Below are positions 44,735-54,700 of a DNA stretch of 64,000 nt, in pieces. The stretch is from Methanotrichaceae archaeon (GTDB lineage Archaea; Halobacteriota; Methanosarcinia; Methanotrichales; Methanotrichaceae). The translations under genes were made by a program, and so were the position numbers. The number at the start of each line of letters is the position of its first letter. The first letter of the stretch is position 1. The DNA lies in contig CAVVKN010000012.1 in the NCBI GenBank assembly GCA_963748825.1, positions 64,001-128,000 of the forward strand. The letters run 5' to 3'. Under the pieces are notes generated by a model. The model was not told the DNA's origin. It was given only the letters and a program-made list of their open reading frames with translations, and searched no databases.

Positions 44735-46194
44735 CCATGGAAAACCACACGAAACCAAAATCAGGAGGCGATCTATTCACCACCCCCAGATGGCCTTTTC
44801 TGGCCGACCTTGATCTCAGAAATGTCTGCGATCTCACGCATGAGAGCATTCTTCCGGCTGCTCTCTTTCAGGTGATAAAAGGCATCCACAATTGCAGCGA
44901 CCCGATCCGTTAAATGCTCTTCCTGAAATGAAGGTGCATGGCAGGGCTTATCCTGACTCGATCCCCTCTTTCTGCATTCACCTTCCAGATACAACTCCTG
45001 GTTGATCAGAAGATGATAAATGAGACAGATGAGTTTCCTGGCCACGGCAACAATCGCAACATTACGCTCCTTCTTTTTTATCAATCTCTGGAAGAATCTG
45101 GACAGCGCCGTCTTTTTCATATTTGATATGGTCTGCGCTGCTTGGACAAGTATAACTCTGATGTGCTTGGAACCCCTCTTTGTAATTCCACATTTTTTCT
45201 TCTTGCCTGCAGATTCGTTTTCTCCGGGATTGAGGCCACACCATTTTGCGAGCTGGTCCGGAGTCTTAAAATCACGGTAGTTCCCAATCTCCGACAGTAT
45301 GACCGATGCAGATGTGAATCCAATTCCAGGGATCGACATGACTATGGCCAGATCTTTGCTCTTTTGCTGAACTCCTTTCAGAACCTCAAGGCTTAGCTTC
45401 TCCATTTTGGATTCGAGATTGTCAAGGATTTCCAGAGCATCTATTAAGAGCATTCTGCTTGTATCGTTAAGACCATTTTCAAGTGCTGATCTAATCAGGT
45501 CTTGCTTCTTCCTTATCTTTCCGGAGGGTATGCCTTTCAAGATCTCTTCGATGGGCTTATTTTTAGCAAGACAGTTCAGGATGTATCTGCCGGACTTGCA
45601 GAAAATATCGTCCATGGTAGAACTGAGCTTAACCCCGCTTGATGATAGATATTTATGAATCCGATTCCTGAACTGAGTTCGTGTCTTGACATATCCGGAC
45701 CTGGCTCGGGTCATCATCCTAAGGTCTCGGTCCTCATCGGTAAATACGCGAGATCTTTTGATTTGACCGTTCAAGCAAAGGGTTGCGATTCGGTTTGAGT
45801 CTTTAGAGTCGGATTTGTCATTTGGAACGGTCTTTATCTGCAACGGATTGGCTACAATTGTATCTATGGTTTTGCTCAGAGCATCATAAATCGGCATCCA
45901 ATAGACACCAGTAGCTTCAAATGCCACTTGTTCGCATTTGTTGGCAACCAGCCAGTTGCGGAATCTCTTAAGCTCGGCTTTTGTTGTCCCAAAATTCTCT
46001 CGAATTGTCGGTACATCATCGCCTGTTATTGTGGCAACGATCAGATCTTTATGGACATCTGCTCCGCAAACTCTATCTCTTCGTTTGTTCATACACGTCT
46101 CTGCCTGATATGGGCAGATGATCTTTCCCTGAGATGGGATAATTTCCCATACGCGTTCCACGACGCAGTCCCGTATTCGGGGGGATCTTGGCCT
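44735..46194 (-). mobile_element. IS110-family element copy 1, lacking the terminal 130 bp
   Basis: Starts after spacer+GTTTC (44730-44734). Matches copy 2 up to the internal GTTTC at 46195-46199, where copy 2 begins. Confidence 0.93.
44773..46092 (-). CDS. IS110-family recombinase/transposase, 439 aa
   Basis: DEDD tetrad (GADVHK, FEATG, KSDSKDS), SIPGIG, conserved Ser in GL.P....SAG, A.VAVARKL. Confidence 0.95.
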   Translation of the reverse strand: MNKRRDRVCGADVHKDLIVATITGDDVPTIRENFGTTKAELKRFRNWLVANKCEQVAFEATGVYWMPIYDALSKTIDTIVANPLQIKTVPNDKSDSKDSNRIATLCLNGQIKRSRVFTDEDRDLRMMTRARSGYVKTRTQFRNRIHKYLSSSGVKLSSTMDDIFCKSGRYILNCLAKNKPIEEILKGIPSGKIRKKQDLIRSALENGLNDTSRMLLIDALEILDNLESKMEKLSLEVLKGVQQKSKDLAIVMSIPGIGFTSASVILSEIGNYRDFKTPDQLAKWCGLNPGENESAGKKKKCGITKRGSKHIRVILVQAAQTISNMKKTALSRFFQRLIKKKERNVAIVAVARKLICLIYHLLINQELYLEGECRKRGSSQDKPCHAPSFQEEHLTDRVAAIVDAFYHLKESSRKNALMREIADISEIKVGQKRPSGGGE

Positions 46195-46237
46195 GTTTCC
46201 CATGGAAAACCACACGAAACCAAAATCAGGAGGCGAT

Positions 46238-47557
46238 CTATTCACCACCCCCAGATGGCCTTTTCTGGCCGACCTTGATCTCAGAAATGTCTGCGATCTC
46301 ACGCATGAGAGCATTCTTCCGGCTGCTCTCTTTCAGGTGATAAAAGGCATCCACAATTGCAGCGACCCGATCCGTTAAATGCTCTTCCTGAAATGAAGGT
46401 GCATGGCAGGGCTTATCCTGACTCGATCCCCTCTTTCTGCATTCACCTTCCAGATACAACTCCTGGTTGATCAGAAGATGATAAATGAGACAGATGAGTT
46501 TCCTGGCCACGGCAACAATCGCAACATTACGCTCCTTCTTTTTTATCAATCTCTGGAAGAATCTGGACAGCGCCGTCTTTTTCATATTTGATATGGTCTG
46601 CGCTGCTTGGACAAGTATAACTCTGATGTGCTTGGAACCCCTCTTTGTAATTCCACATTTTTTCTTCTTGCCTGCAGATTCGTTTTCTCCGGGATTGAGG
46701 CCACACCATTTTGCGAGCTGGTCCGGAGTCTTAAAATCACGGTAGTTCCCAATCTCCGACAGTATGACCGATGCAGATGTGAATCCAATTCCAGGGATCG
46801 ACATGACTATGGCCAGATCTTTGCTCTTTTGCTGAACTCCTTTCAGAACCTCAAGGCTTAGCTTCTCCATTTTGGATTCGAGATTGTCAAGGATTTCCAG
46901 AGCATCTATTAAGAGCATTCTGCTTGTATCGTTAAGACCATTTTCAAGTGCTGATCTAATCAGGTCTTGCTTCTTCCTTATCTTTCCGGAGGGTATGCCT
47001 TTCAAGATCTCTTCGATGGGCTTATTTTTAGCAAGACAGTTCAGGATGTATCTGCCGGACTTGCAGAAAATATCGTCCATGGTAGAACTGAGCTTAACCC
47101 CGCTTGATGATAGATATTTATGAATCCGATTCCTGAACTGAGTTCGTGTCTTGACATATCCGGACCTGGCTCGGGTCATCATCCTAAGGTCTCGGTCCTC
47201 ATCGGTAAATACGCGAGATCTTTTGATTTGACCGTTCAAGCAAAGGGTTGCGATTCGGTTTGAGTCTTTAGAGTCGGATTTGTCATTTGGAACGGTCTTT
47301 ATCTGCAACGGATTGGCTACAATTGTATCTATGGTTTTGCTCAGAGCATCATAAATCGGCATCCAATAGACACCAGTAGCTTCAAATGCCACTTGTTCGC
47401 ATTTGTTGGCAACCAGCCAGTTGCGGAATCTCTTAAGCTCGGCTTTTGTTGTCCCAAAATTCTCTCGAATTGTCGGTACATCATCGCCTGTTATTGTGGC
47501 AACGATCAGATCTTTATGGACATCTGCTCCGCAAACTCTATCTCTTCGTTTGTTCAT
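46238..47557 (-). CDS. IS110-family recombinase/transposase
   Basis: Same protein as copy 1; start placed at MNKRRDRV. Confidence 0.95.
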   Translation of the reverse strand: MNKRRDRVCGADVHKDLIVATITGDDVPTIRENFGTTKAELKRFRNWLVANKCEQVAFEATGVYWMPIYDALSKTIDTIVANPLQIKTVPNDKSDSKDSNRIATLCLNGQIKRSRVFTDEDRDLRMMTRARSGYVKTRTQFRNRIHKYLSSSGVKLSSTMDDIFCKSGRYILNCLAKNKPIEEILKGIPSGKIRKKQDLIRSALENGLNDTSRMLLIDALEILDNLESKMEKLSLEVLKGVQQKSKDLAIVMSIPGIGFTSASVILSEIGNYRDFKTPDQLAKWCGLNPGENESAGKKKKCGITKRGSKHIRVILVQAAQTISNMKKTALSRFFQRLIKKKERNVAIVAVARKLICLIYHLLINQELYLEGECRKRGSSQDKPCHAPSFQEEHLTDRVAAIVDAFYHLKESSRKNALMREIADISEIKVGQKRPSGGGE

Positions 47558-47571
47558 ACACGTCTCTGCCT

Positions 47572-47715
47572 GATATGGGCAGATGATCTTTCCCTGAGAT
47601 GGGATAATTTCCCATACGCGTTCCACGACGCAGTCCCGTATTCGGGGGGATCTTGGCCTGTTTCAATCGCGGGATCAAACGTCCTATAAACTTGTCGGCC
47701 TTCACTGCCCATATC
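47572..47715 (-). ncRNA. Putative bridge/seek RNA of the IS110 element
   Basis: Perfect 11-bp closing stem (47572-47582 with 47705-47715) encloses a repeat-matching GAUUGAAAC and donor-matching (AU)GGGAAA. Expression is not shown. Confidence 0.65.
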
Positions 47716-48496
47716 CGGCTTAACGTGAACGGATAACAATATGTGGTTTTCCATCCGTCACGTGTGAGCCCCTGCCTGGGCTCATGGGCGTTTCAATCCT
47801 TGTTTTTGTGGAACTCGCCCTCGGACCTATATTATAGTAATGACTACTATAAGTAAAAATCCGATGTTTCAATCCTTGTTTTTGTGGAACTCGCCCTCGG
47901 ACCCATCTATGCCCAGGAATATATTCGATGTCTTTGAGTTTCAATCCTTGTTTTTGTGGAACTCGCCCTCGGACATTCCCACCTTCGAAATAGACCGAGC
48001 GTTTGAGATTGCGTTTCAATCCTTGTTTTTGTGGAACTCGCCCTCGGACCGACATAATCACCAAGACCGCCCCAATTGACGGCCTGTTTCAATCCTTGTT
48101 TTTGTGGAACTCGCCCTCGGACATTGATTACTTGTTTCATGTTCATTACCTCCCTGCTAGTTTCAATCCTTGTTTTTGTGGAACTCGCCCTCGGACTCCA
48201 AGCGATTGCCTCTGGAGAAGTTAGATCGAATTGTTTCAATCCTTGTTTTTGTGGAACTCGCCCTCGGACCGCAACAGGTGACGACCTTTCCAGCAAAGTT
48301 GAAGCTGGTTTCAATCCTTGTTTTTGTGGAACTCGCCCTCGGACTGGGACACGGCGCTGGTTCTGATGCCGATCTCGTATAGTTTCAATCCTTGTTTTTG
48401 TGGAACTCGCCCTCGGACTATAATTTTGGATTCGTCATTCATGCATCCTCACGGTTTCCCATGGAAAACCACACGAAACCAAAATCAGGAGGCGAT

Positions 48497-49816
48497 CTAT
48501 TCACCACCCCCAGATGGCCTTTTCTGGCCGACCTTGATCTCAGAAATGTCTGCGATCTCACGCATGAGAGCATTCTTCCGGCTGCTCTCTTTCAGGTGAT
48601 AAAAGGCATCCACAATTGCAGCGACCCGATCCGTTAAATGCTCTTCCTGAAATGAAGGTGCATGGCAGGGCTTATCCTGACTCGATCCCCTCTTTCTGCA
48701 TTCACCTTCCAGATACAACTCCTGGTTGATCAGAAGATGATAAATGAGACAGATGAGTTTCCTGGCCACGGCAACAATCGCAACATTACGCTCCTTCTTT
48801 TTTATCAATCTCTGGAAGAATCTGGACAGCGCCGTCTTTTTCATATTTGATATGGTCTGCGCTGCTTGGACAAGTATAACTCTGATGTGCTTGGAACCCC
48901 TCTTTGTAATTCCACATTTTTTCTTCTTGCCTGCAGATTCGTTTTCTCCGGGATTGAGGCCACACCATTTTGCGAGCTGGTCCGGAGTCTTAAAATCACG
49001 GTAGTTCCCAATCTCCGACAGTATGACCGATGCAGATGTGAATCCAATTCCAGGGATCGACATGACTATGGCCAGATCTTTGCTCTTTTGCTGAACTCCT
49101 TTCAGAACCTCAAGGCTTAGCTTCTCCATTTTGGATTCGAGATTGTCAAGGATTTCCAGAGCATCTATTAAGAGCATTCTGCTTGTATCGTTAAGACCAT
49201 TTTCAAGTGCTGATCTAATCAGGTCTTGCTTCTTCCTTATCTTTCCGGAGGGTATGCCTTTCAAGATCTCTTCGATGGGCTTATTTTTAGCAAGACAGTT
49301 CAGGATGTATCTGCCGGACTTGCAGAAAATATCGTCCATGGTAGAACTGAGCTTAACCCCGCTTGATGATAGATATTTATGAATCCGATTCCTGAACTGA
49401 GTTCGTGTCTTGACATATCCGGACCTGGCTCGGGTCATCATCCTAAGGTCTCGGTCCTCATCGGTAAATACGCGAGATCTTTTGATTTGACCGTTCAAGC
49501 AAAGGGTTGCGATTCGGTTTGAGTCTTTAGAGTCGGATTTGTCATTTGGAACGGTCTTTATCTGCAACGGATTGGCTACAATTGTATCTATGGTTTTGCT
49601 CAGAGCATCATAAATCGGCATCCAATAGACACCAGTAGCTTCAAATGCCACTTGTTCGCATTTGTTGGCAACCAGCCAGTTGAGGAATCTCTTAAGCTCG
49701 GCTTTTGTTGTCCCAAAATTCTCTCGAATTGTCGGTACATCATCGCCTGTTATTGTGGCAACGATCAGATCTTTATGGACATCTGCTCCGCAAACTCTAT
49801 CTCTTCGTTTGTTCAT
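48497..49816 (-). CDS. IS110-family recombinase/transposase (FLNW allele)
   Basis: One substitution relative to copies 1-2. Confidence 0.95.
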   Translation of the reverse strand: MNKRRDRVCGADVHKDLIVATITGDDVPTIRENFGTTKAELKRFLNWLVANKCEQVAFEATGVYWMPIYDALSKTIDTIVANPLQIKTVPNDKSDSKDSNRIATLCLNGQIKRSRVFTDEDRDLRMMTRARSGYVKTRTQFRNRIHKYLSSSGVKLSSTMDDIFCKSGRYILNCLAKNKPIEEILKGIPSGKIRKKQDLIRSALENGLNDTSRMLLIDALEILDNLESKMEKLSLEVLKGVQQKSKDLAIVMSIPGIGFTSASVILSEIGNYRDFKTPDQLAKWCGLNPGENESAGKKKKCGITKRGSKHIRVILVQAAQTISNMKKTALSRFFQRLIKKKERNVAIVAVARKLICLIYHLLINQELYLEGECRKRGSSQDKPCHAPSFQEEHLTDRVAAIVDAFYHLKESSRKNALMREIADISEIKVGQKRPSGGGE

Positions 49817-49830
49817 ACACGTCTCTGCCT

Positions 49831-49974
49831 GATATGGGCAGATGATCTTTCCCTGAGATGGGATAATTTCCCATACGCGTTCCACGACGCAGTCCCGTAT
49901 TCGGGGGGATCTTGGCCTGTTTCAATCGCGGGATCAAACGTCCTATAAACTTGTCGGCCTTCACTGCCCATATC
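49831..49974 (-). ncRNA. Putative bridge/seek RNA, copy 3
   Basis: Same sequence as 47572-47715. Confidence 0.65.
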
Positions 49975-50237
49975 CGGCTTAACGTGAACGGATAACAATA
50001 TGTGGTTTTCCATCCGTCACGTGTGAGCCCCTGCCTGGGCTCATGGGCGTTTCAATCCTTGTTTTTGTGGAACTCGCCCTCGGACCACTGCCATCAAGTT
50101 CTAATGGGACCAATTCAATTTTGTTTCAATCCTTGTTTTTGTGGAACTCGCCCTCGGACATATTAGGTGATTTTCATGAAACTATGTATTATATGTTTCC
50201 CATGGAAAACCACACGAAACCAAAATCAGGAGGCGAT

Positions 50238-51557
50238 CTATTCACCACCCCCAGATGGCCTTTTCTGGCCGACCTTGATCTCAGAAATGTCTGCGATCTC
50301 ACGCATGAGAGCATTCTTCCGGCTGCTCTCTTTCAGGTGATAAAAGGCATCCACAATTGCAGCGACCCGATCCGTTAAATGCTCTTCCTGAAATGAAGGT
50401 GCATGGCAGGGCTTATCCTGACTCGATCCCCTCTTTCTGCATTCACCTTCCAGATACAACTCCTGGTTGATCAGAAGATGATAAATGAGACAGATGAGTT
50501 TCCTGGCCACGGCAACAATCGCAACATTACGCTCCTTCTTTTTTATCAATCTCTGGAAGAATCTGGACAGCGCCGTCTTTTTCATATTTGATATGGTCTG
50601 CGCTGCTTGGACAAGTATAACTCTGATGTGCTTGGAACCCCTCTTTGTAATTCCACATTTTTTCTTCTTGCCTGCAGATTCGTTTTCTCCGGGATTGAGG
50701 CCACACCATTTTGCGAGCTGGTCCGGAGTCTTAAAATCACGGTAGTTCCCAATCTCCGACAGTATGACCGATGCAGATGTGAATCCAATTCCAGGGATCG
50801 ACATGACTATGGCCAGATCTTTGCTCTTTTGCTGAACTCCTTTCAGAACCTCAAGGCTTAGCTTCTCCATTTTGGATTCGAGATTGTCAAGGATTTCCAG
50901 AGCATCTATTAAGAGCATTCTGCTTGTATCGTTAAGACCATTTTCAAGTGCTGATCTAATCAGGTCTTGCTTCTTCCTTATCTTTCCGGAGGGTATGCCT
51001 TTCAAGATCTCTTCGATGGGCTTATTTTTAGCAAGACAGTTCAGGATGTATCTGCCGGACTTGCAGAAAATATCGTCCATGGTAGAACTGAGCTTAACCC
51101 CGCTTGATGATAGATATTTATGAATCCGATTCCTGAACTGAGTTCGTGTCTTGACATATCCGGACCTGGCTCGGGTCATCATCCTAAGGTCTCGGTCCTC
51201 ATCGGTAAATACGCGAGATCTTTTGATTTGACCGTTCAAGCAAAGGGTTGCGATTCGGTTTGAGTCTTTAGAGTCGGATTTGTCATTTGGAACGGTCTTT
51301 ATCTGCAACGGATTGGCTACAATTGTATCTATGGTTTTGCTCAGAGCATCATAAATCGGCATCCAATAGACACCAGTAGCTTCAAATGCCACTTGTTCGC
51401 ATTTGTTGGCAACCAGCCAGTTGAGGAATCTCTTAAGCTCGGCTTTTGTTGTCCCAAAATTCTCTCGAATTGTCGGTACATCATCGCCTGTTATTGTGGC
51501 AACGATCAGATCTTTATGGACATCTGCTCCGCAAACTCTATCTCTTCGTTTGTTCAT
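50238..51557 (-). CDS. IS110-family recombinase/transposase (FLNW allele)
   Basis: Same protein as copy 3. Confidence 0.95.
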   Translation of the reverse strand: MNKRRDRVCGADVHKDLIVATITGDDVPTIRENFGTTKAELKRFLNWLVANKCEQVAFEATGVYWMPIYDALSKTIDTIVANPLQIKTVPNDKSDSKDSNRIATLCLNGQIKRSRVFTDEDRDLRMMTRARSGYVKTRTQFRNRIHKYLSSSGVKLSSTMDDIFCKSGRYILNCLAKNKPIEEILKGIPSGKIRKKQDLIRSALENGLNDTSRMLLIDALEILDNLESKMEKLSLEVLKGVQQKSKDLAIVMSIPGIGFTSASVILSEIGNYRDFKTPDQLAKWCGLNPGENESAGKKKKCGITKRGSKHIRVILVQAAQTISNMKKTALSRFFQRLIKKKERNVAIVAVARKLICLIYHLLINQELYLEGECRKRGSSQDKPCHAPSFQEEHLTDRVAAIVDAFYHLKESSRKNALMREIADISEIKVGQKRPSGGGE

Positions 51558-51571
51558 ACACGTCTCTGCCT

Positions 51572-51715
51572 GATATGGGCAGATGATCTTTCCCTGAGAT
51601 GGGATAATTTCCCATACGCGTTCCACGACGCAGTCCCGTATTCGGGGGGATCTTGGCCTGTTTCAATCGCGGGATCAAACGTCCTATAAACTTGTCGGCC
51701 TTCACTGCCCATATC
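51572..51715 (-). ncRNA. Putative bridge/seek RNA, copy 4
   Basis: Same sequence as 47572-47715. Confidence 0.65.
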
Positions 51716-54700
51716 CGGCTTAACGTGAACGGATAACAATATGTGGTTTTCCATCCGTCACGTGTGAGCCCCTGCCTGGGCTCATGGGCGTTTCAATCCT
51801 TGTTTTTGTGGAACTCGCCCTCGGACTTCTTATCCATCCAAGAAGCTGCCCGCCAAGGCTCTGTTTCAATCCTTGTTTTTGTGGAACTCGCCCTCGGACA
51901 ATCGCATAATGGCGGAAAACGCGGCAATCCTGGGTTTCAATCCTTGTTTTTGTGGAACTCGCCCTCGGACTCCTCAGTGCATTGCATCAGCTTCCAAGCC
52001 TTTCCAGTTTCAATCCTTGTTTTTGTGGAACTCGCCCTCGGACCCGCGATGCTAGCCAAGCTCTCTGATATGATTATCTGGGTTTCAATCCTTGTTTTTG
52101 TGGAACTCGCCCTCGGACTTTTGGACTAACTGCTCCGATAAATCTCCTATAGAAGTTTCAATCCTTGTTTTTGTGGAACTCGCCCTCGGACGGCGGGAAA
52201 GTCGGCTGCCGGCATGGGCGATTTTGATGTTTCAATCCTTGTTTTTGTGGAACTCGCCCTCGGACCGGAGTAAGAGATTCGCGGTTATCAAATCCCAAAC
52301 AGTTTCAATCCTTGTTTTTGTGGAACTCGCCCTCGGACTTGGGGTTGGTCATGGGGAATGCAGCTCTTGGGGGAGTTTCAATCCTTGTTTTTGTGGAACT
52401 CGCCCTCGGACAAGATAGATGAGGTTTGAGCATGAGAGGCACACTGCGTTTCAATCCTTGTTTTTGTGGAACTCGCCCTCGGACTGCGGTCTCAAACGCC
52501 AGGCCGAGCCTGGTTGATGTGTTTCAATCCTTGTTTTTGTGGAACTCGCCCTCGGACAACAAGAAGTAGCCGATGCAGTCAAAGTATATGCGGGTTTCAA
52601 TCCTTGTTTTTGTGGAACTCGCCCTCGGACCCAACCAGATTAGACCATTGGTGTCCATAATTTGCAGTTTCAATCCTTGTTTTTGTGGAACTCGCCCTCG
52701 GACATCTAGATGATGCAGATTACCAGAGCCGGATTTAACCAGTTTCAATCCTTGTTTTTGTGGAACTCGCCCTCGGACCTGTTTTGCAAGCCCGAAGATG
52801 GCGGCGCGGATGGAGTGGTTTCAATCCTTGTTTTTGTGGAACTCGCCCTCGGACGTACTTTTCTGTCCTGAAGATCGTGCGCATGCGATAGTTTCAATCC
52901 TTGTTTTTGTGGAACTCGCCCTCGGACCACAATTATCCAGAACGGTGTCTCCTTCGTTGGTAGTTTCAATCCTTGTTTTTGTGGAACTCGCCCTCGGACA
53001 AAGATATGATGCTCAGATCAAAGACCTATTACATAGTTTCAATCCTTGTTTTTGTGGAACTCGCCCTCGGACTTGTCATATCTTCCAAGCATATTCCAAC
53101 GTTCTTGATGTTTCAATCCTTGTTTTTGTGGAACTCGCCCTCGGACTACGAGCGGCACCGTTGGAGATACCTTCTATATATGTTTCAATCCTTGTTTTTG
53201 TGGAACTCGCCCTCGGACAGCAAAAAGGACTTGCAACAAGCGGAACTATTAGAGTTTCAATCCTTGTTTTTGTGGAACTCGCCCTCGGACACTCCCGCAA
53301 TCGCTTCACAAATTCCGGCCATTCTCAGAGTTTCAATCCTTGTTTTTGTGGAACTCGCCCTCGGACTGTAGATGCTCAGATGGCATGATCTCATAGGTTG
53401 TGACAGTTTCAATCCTTGTTTTTGTGGAACTCGCCCTCGGACGCTGGAGCCTCGTATTGGCATCACACGAACTCATCGTTTCAATCCTTGTTTTTGTGGA
53501 ACTCGCCCTCGGACTATCCGCAGTGCCATTTATGGCAGTCTCGTATCAGGGTTTCAATCCTTGTTTTTGTGGAACTCGCCCTCGGACTTCATGCCGAACC
53601 GCTATAGCCCATGAACATCCTAAGTTTCAATCCTTGTTTTTGTGGAACTCGCCCTCGGACAAGGAATCTTCCCGTGCATTCGCAGTGATTAGGATGTTTC
53701 AATCCTTGTTTTTGTGGAACTCGCCCTCGGACTGCGAACTGGTCAGAAGAAAGAAGAACATCGTTTGTGTTTCAATCCTTGTTTTTGTGGAACTCGCCCT
53801 CGGACGTTACTCTTACGGCATCCAGTCCCGGTATTTGGGGGTTTCAATCCTTGTTTTTGTGGAACTCGCCCTCGGACGGTCGAAACATCGGGGCTCCAAG
53901 ATTGCAGAAGATGTTTCAATCCTTGTTTTTGTGGAACTCGCCCTCGGACATTATATCGCAGCTTGATCCCTCAGCTAGAAGTAATGGTTTCAATCCTTGT
54001 TTTTGTGGAACTCGCCCTCGGACTAGCTATCTGGATGAATTGAATCAGTACGTATCTGAGTTTCAATCCTTGTTTTTGTGGAACTCGCCCTCGGACACTC
54101 AGCACACACCCACACAGACGACGGGATAGATCGTTTCAATCCTTGTTTTTGTGGAACTCGCCCTCGGACACATAACCCTATTACCCGTGATCGGTTATAG
54201 TTGGCGTTTCAATCCTTGTTTTTGTGGAACTCGCCCTCGGACGCAATTTACCTCTCGCGTCCATCTTAGCATGGAACGGTTTCAATCCTTGTTTTTGTGG
54301 AACTCGCCCTCGGACGCTGATTGCGGCGCGTGGTTCATGATTAGGTGATCAGTTTCAATCCTTGTTTTTGTGGAACTCGCCCTCGGACTGTCATGCCATA
54401 GCATCTATGATCTGTCATCGAGTCAGGTTTCAATCCTTGTTTTTGTGGAACTCGCCCTCGGACGCTGGCATGAGTTCTCGATGGCATGGGGGTAGGTAAG
54501 TTTCAATCCTTGTTTTTGTGGAACTCGCCCTCGGACCTATCAGAAGGGGCCGGGTGGTTGGGGATACTGGCAGTTTCAATCCTTGTTTTTGTGGAACTCG
54601 CCCTCGGACTCTGTTTTCAGATATGCCTTATTGGTACATTCGTTAGTTTCAATCCTTGTTTTTGTGGAACTCGCCCTCGGACGTGAGACACAGTCGATGC

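Larger units (their letters stand above)
46200..47789 (-). mobile_element. IS110-family element copy 2, complete, 1590 bp between GTTTC cores
   Basis: Ends GTTTC|CCATGGAAAACCACA... and ...CTCATGGGC|GTTTCAATCC. 13-bp subterminal inverted repeats at 46202-46214 and 47742-47754. Confidence 0.96.
48459..50048 (-). mobile_element. IS110-family element copy 3, complete, 1590 bp
   Basis: GTTTC at 48454-48458 and 50049-50053; a full repeat resumes at 50049. Confidence 0.96.
50200..51789 (-). mobile_element. IS110-family element copy 4, complete, 1590 bp
   Basis: GTTTC at 50195-50199 and 51790-51794; a full repeat resumes at 51790. Confidence 0.96.

Noticed and set aside
46093-46314. Longer 513-aa and 462-aa versions of the transposase
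   Set aside because: The extensions run through non-coding element ends; family similarity starts at MNKRRDRVCGADVHK.
47660-47700. IS internal segment as a full degenerate CRISPR repeat (Racr-like solitary repeat)
   Set aside because: Apart from the terminal 9 nt, the similarity (G.CCGA...AGTT) is weak and gapped. The guide-loop reading explains the insertion pattern better, although this is not fully excluded.
44730-47794. GTTTC on both sides read as a 5-bp target-site duplication of a DDE transposon
   Set aside because: The protein is an IS110 DEDD recombinase and the 5-mer is invariant at all four junctions, which fits a shared donor/target core.
44735-51789. Four IS copies as a pure assembly artefact
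   Set aside because: Each copy has a different left flank, the intervening spacers are unique, and a SNP separates the copies. Only the missing 130-bp tail remains suspect.
52213-52220. Spacer containing CATGGGCG, as in the IS end (possible anti-IS spacer)
   Set aside because: Only 8 nt match and the rest of the spacer does not. I saw no self- or IS-targeting spacer by eye, but an exhaustive search was not possible.
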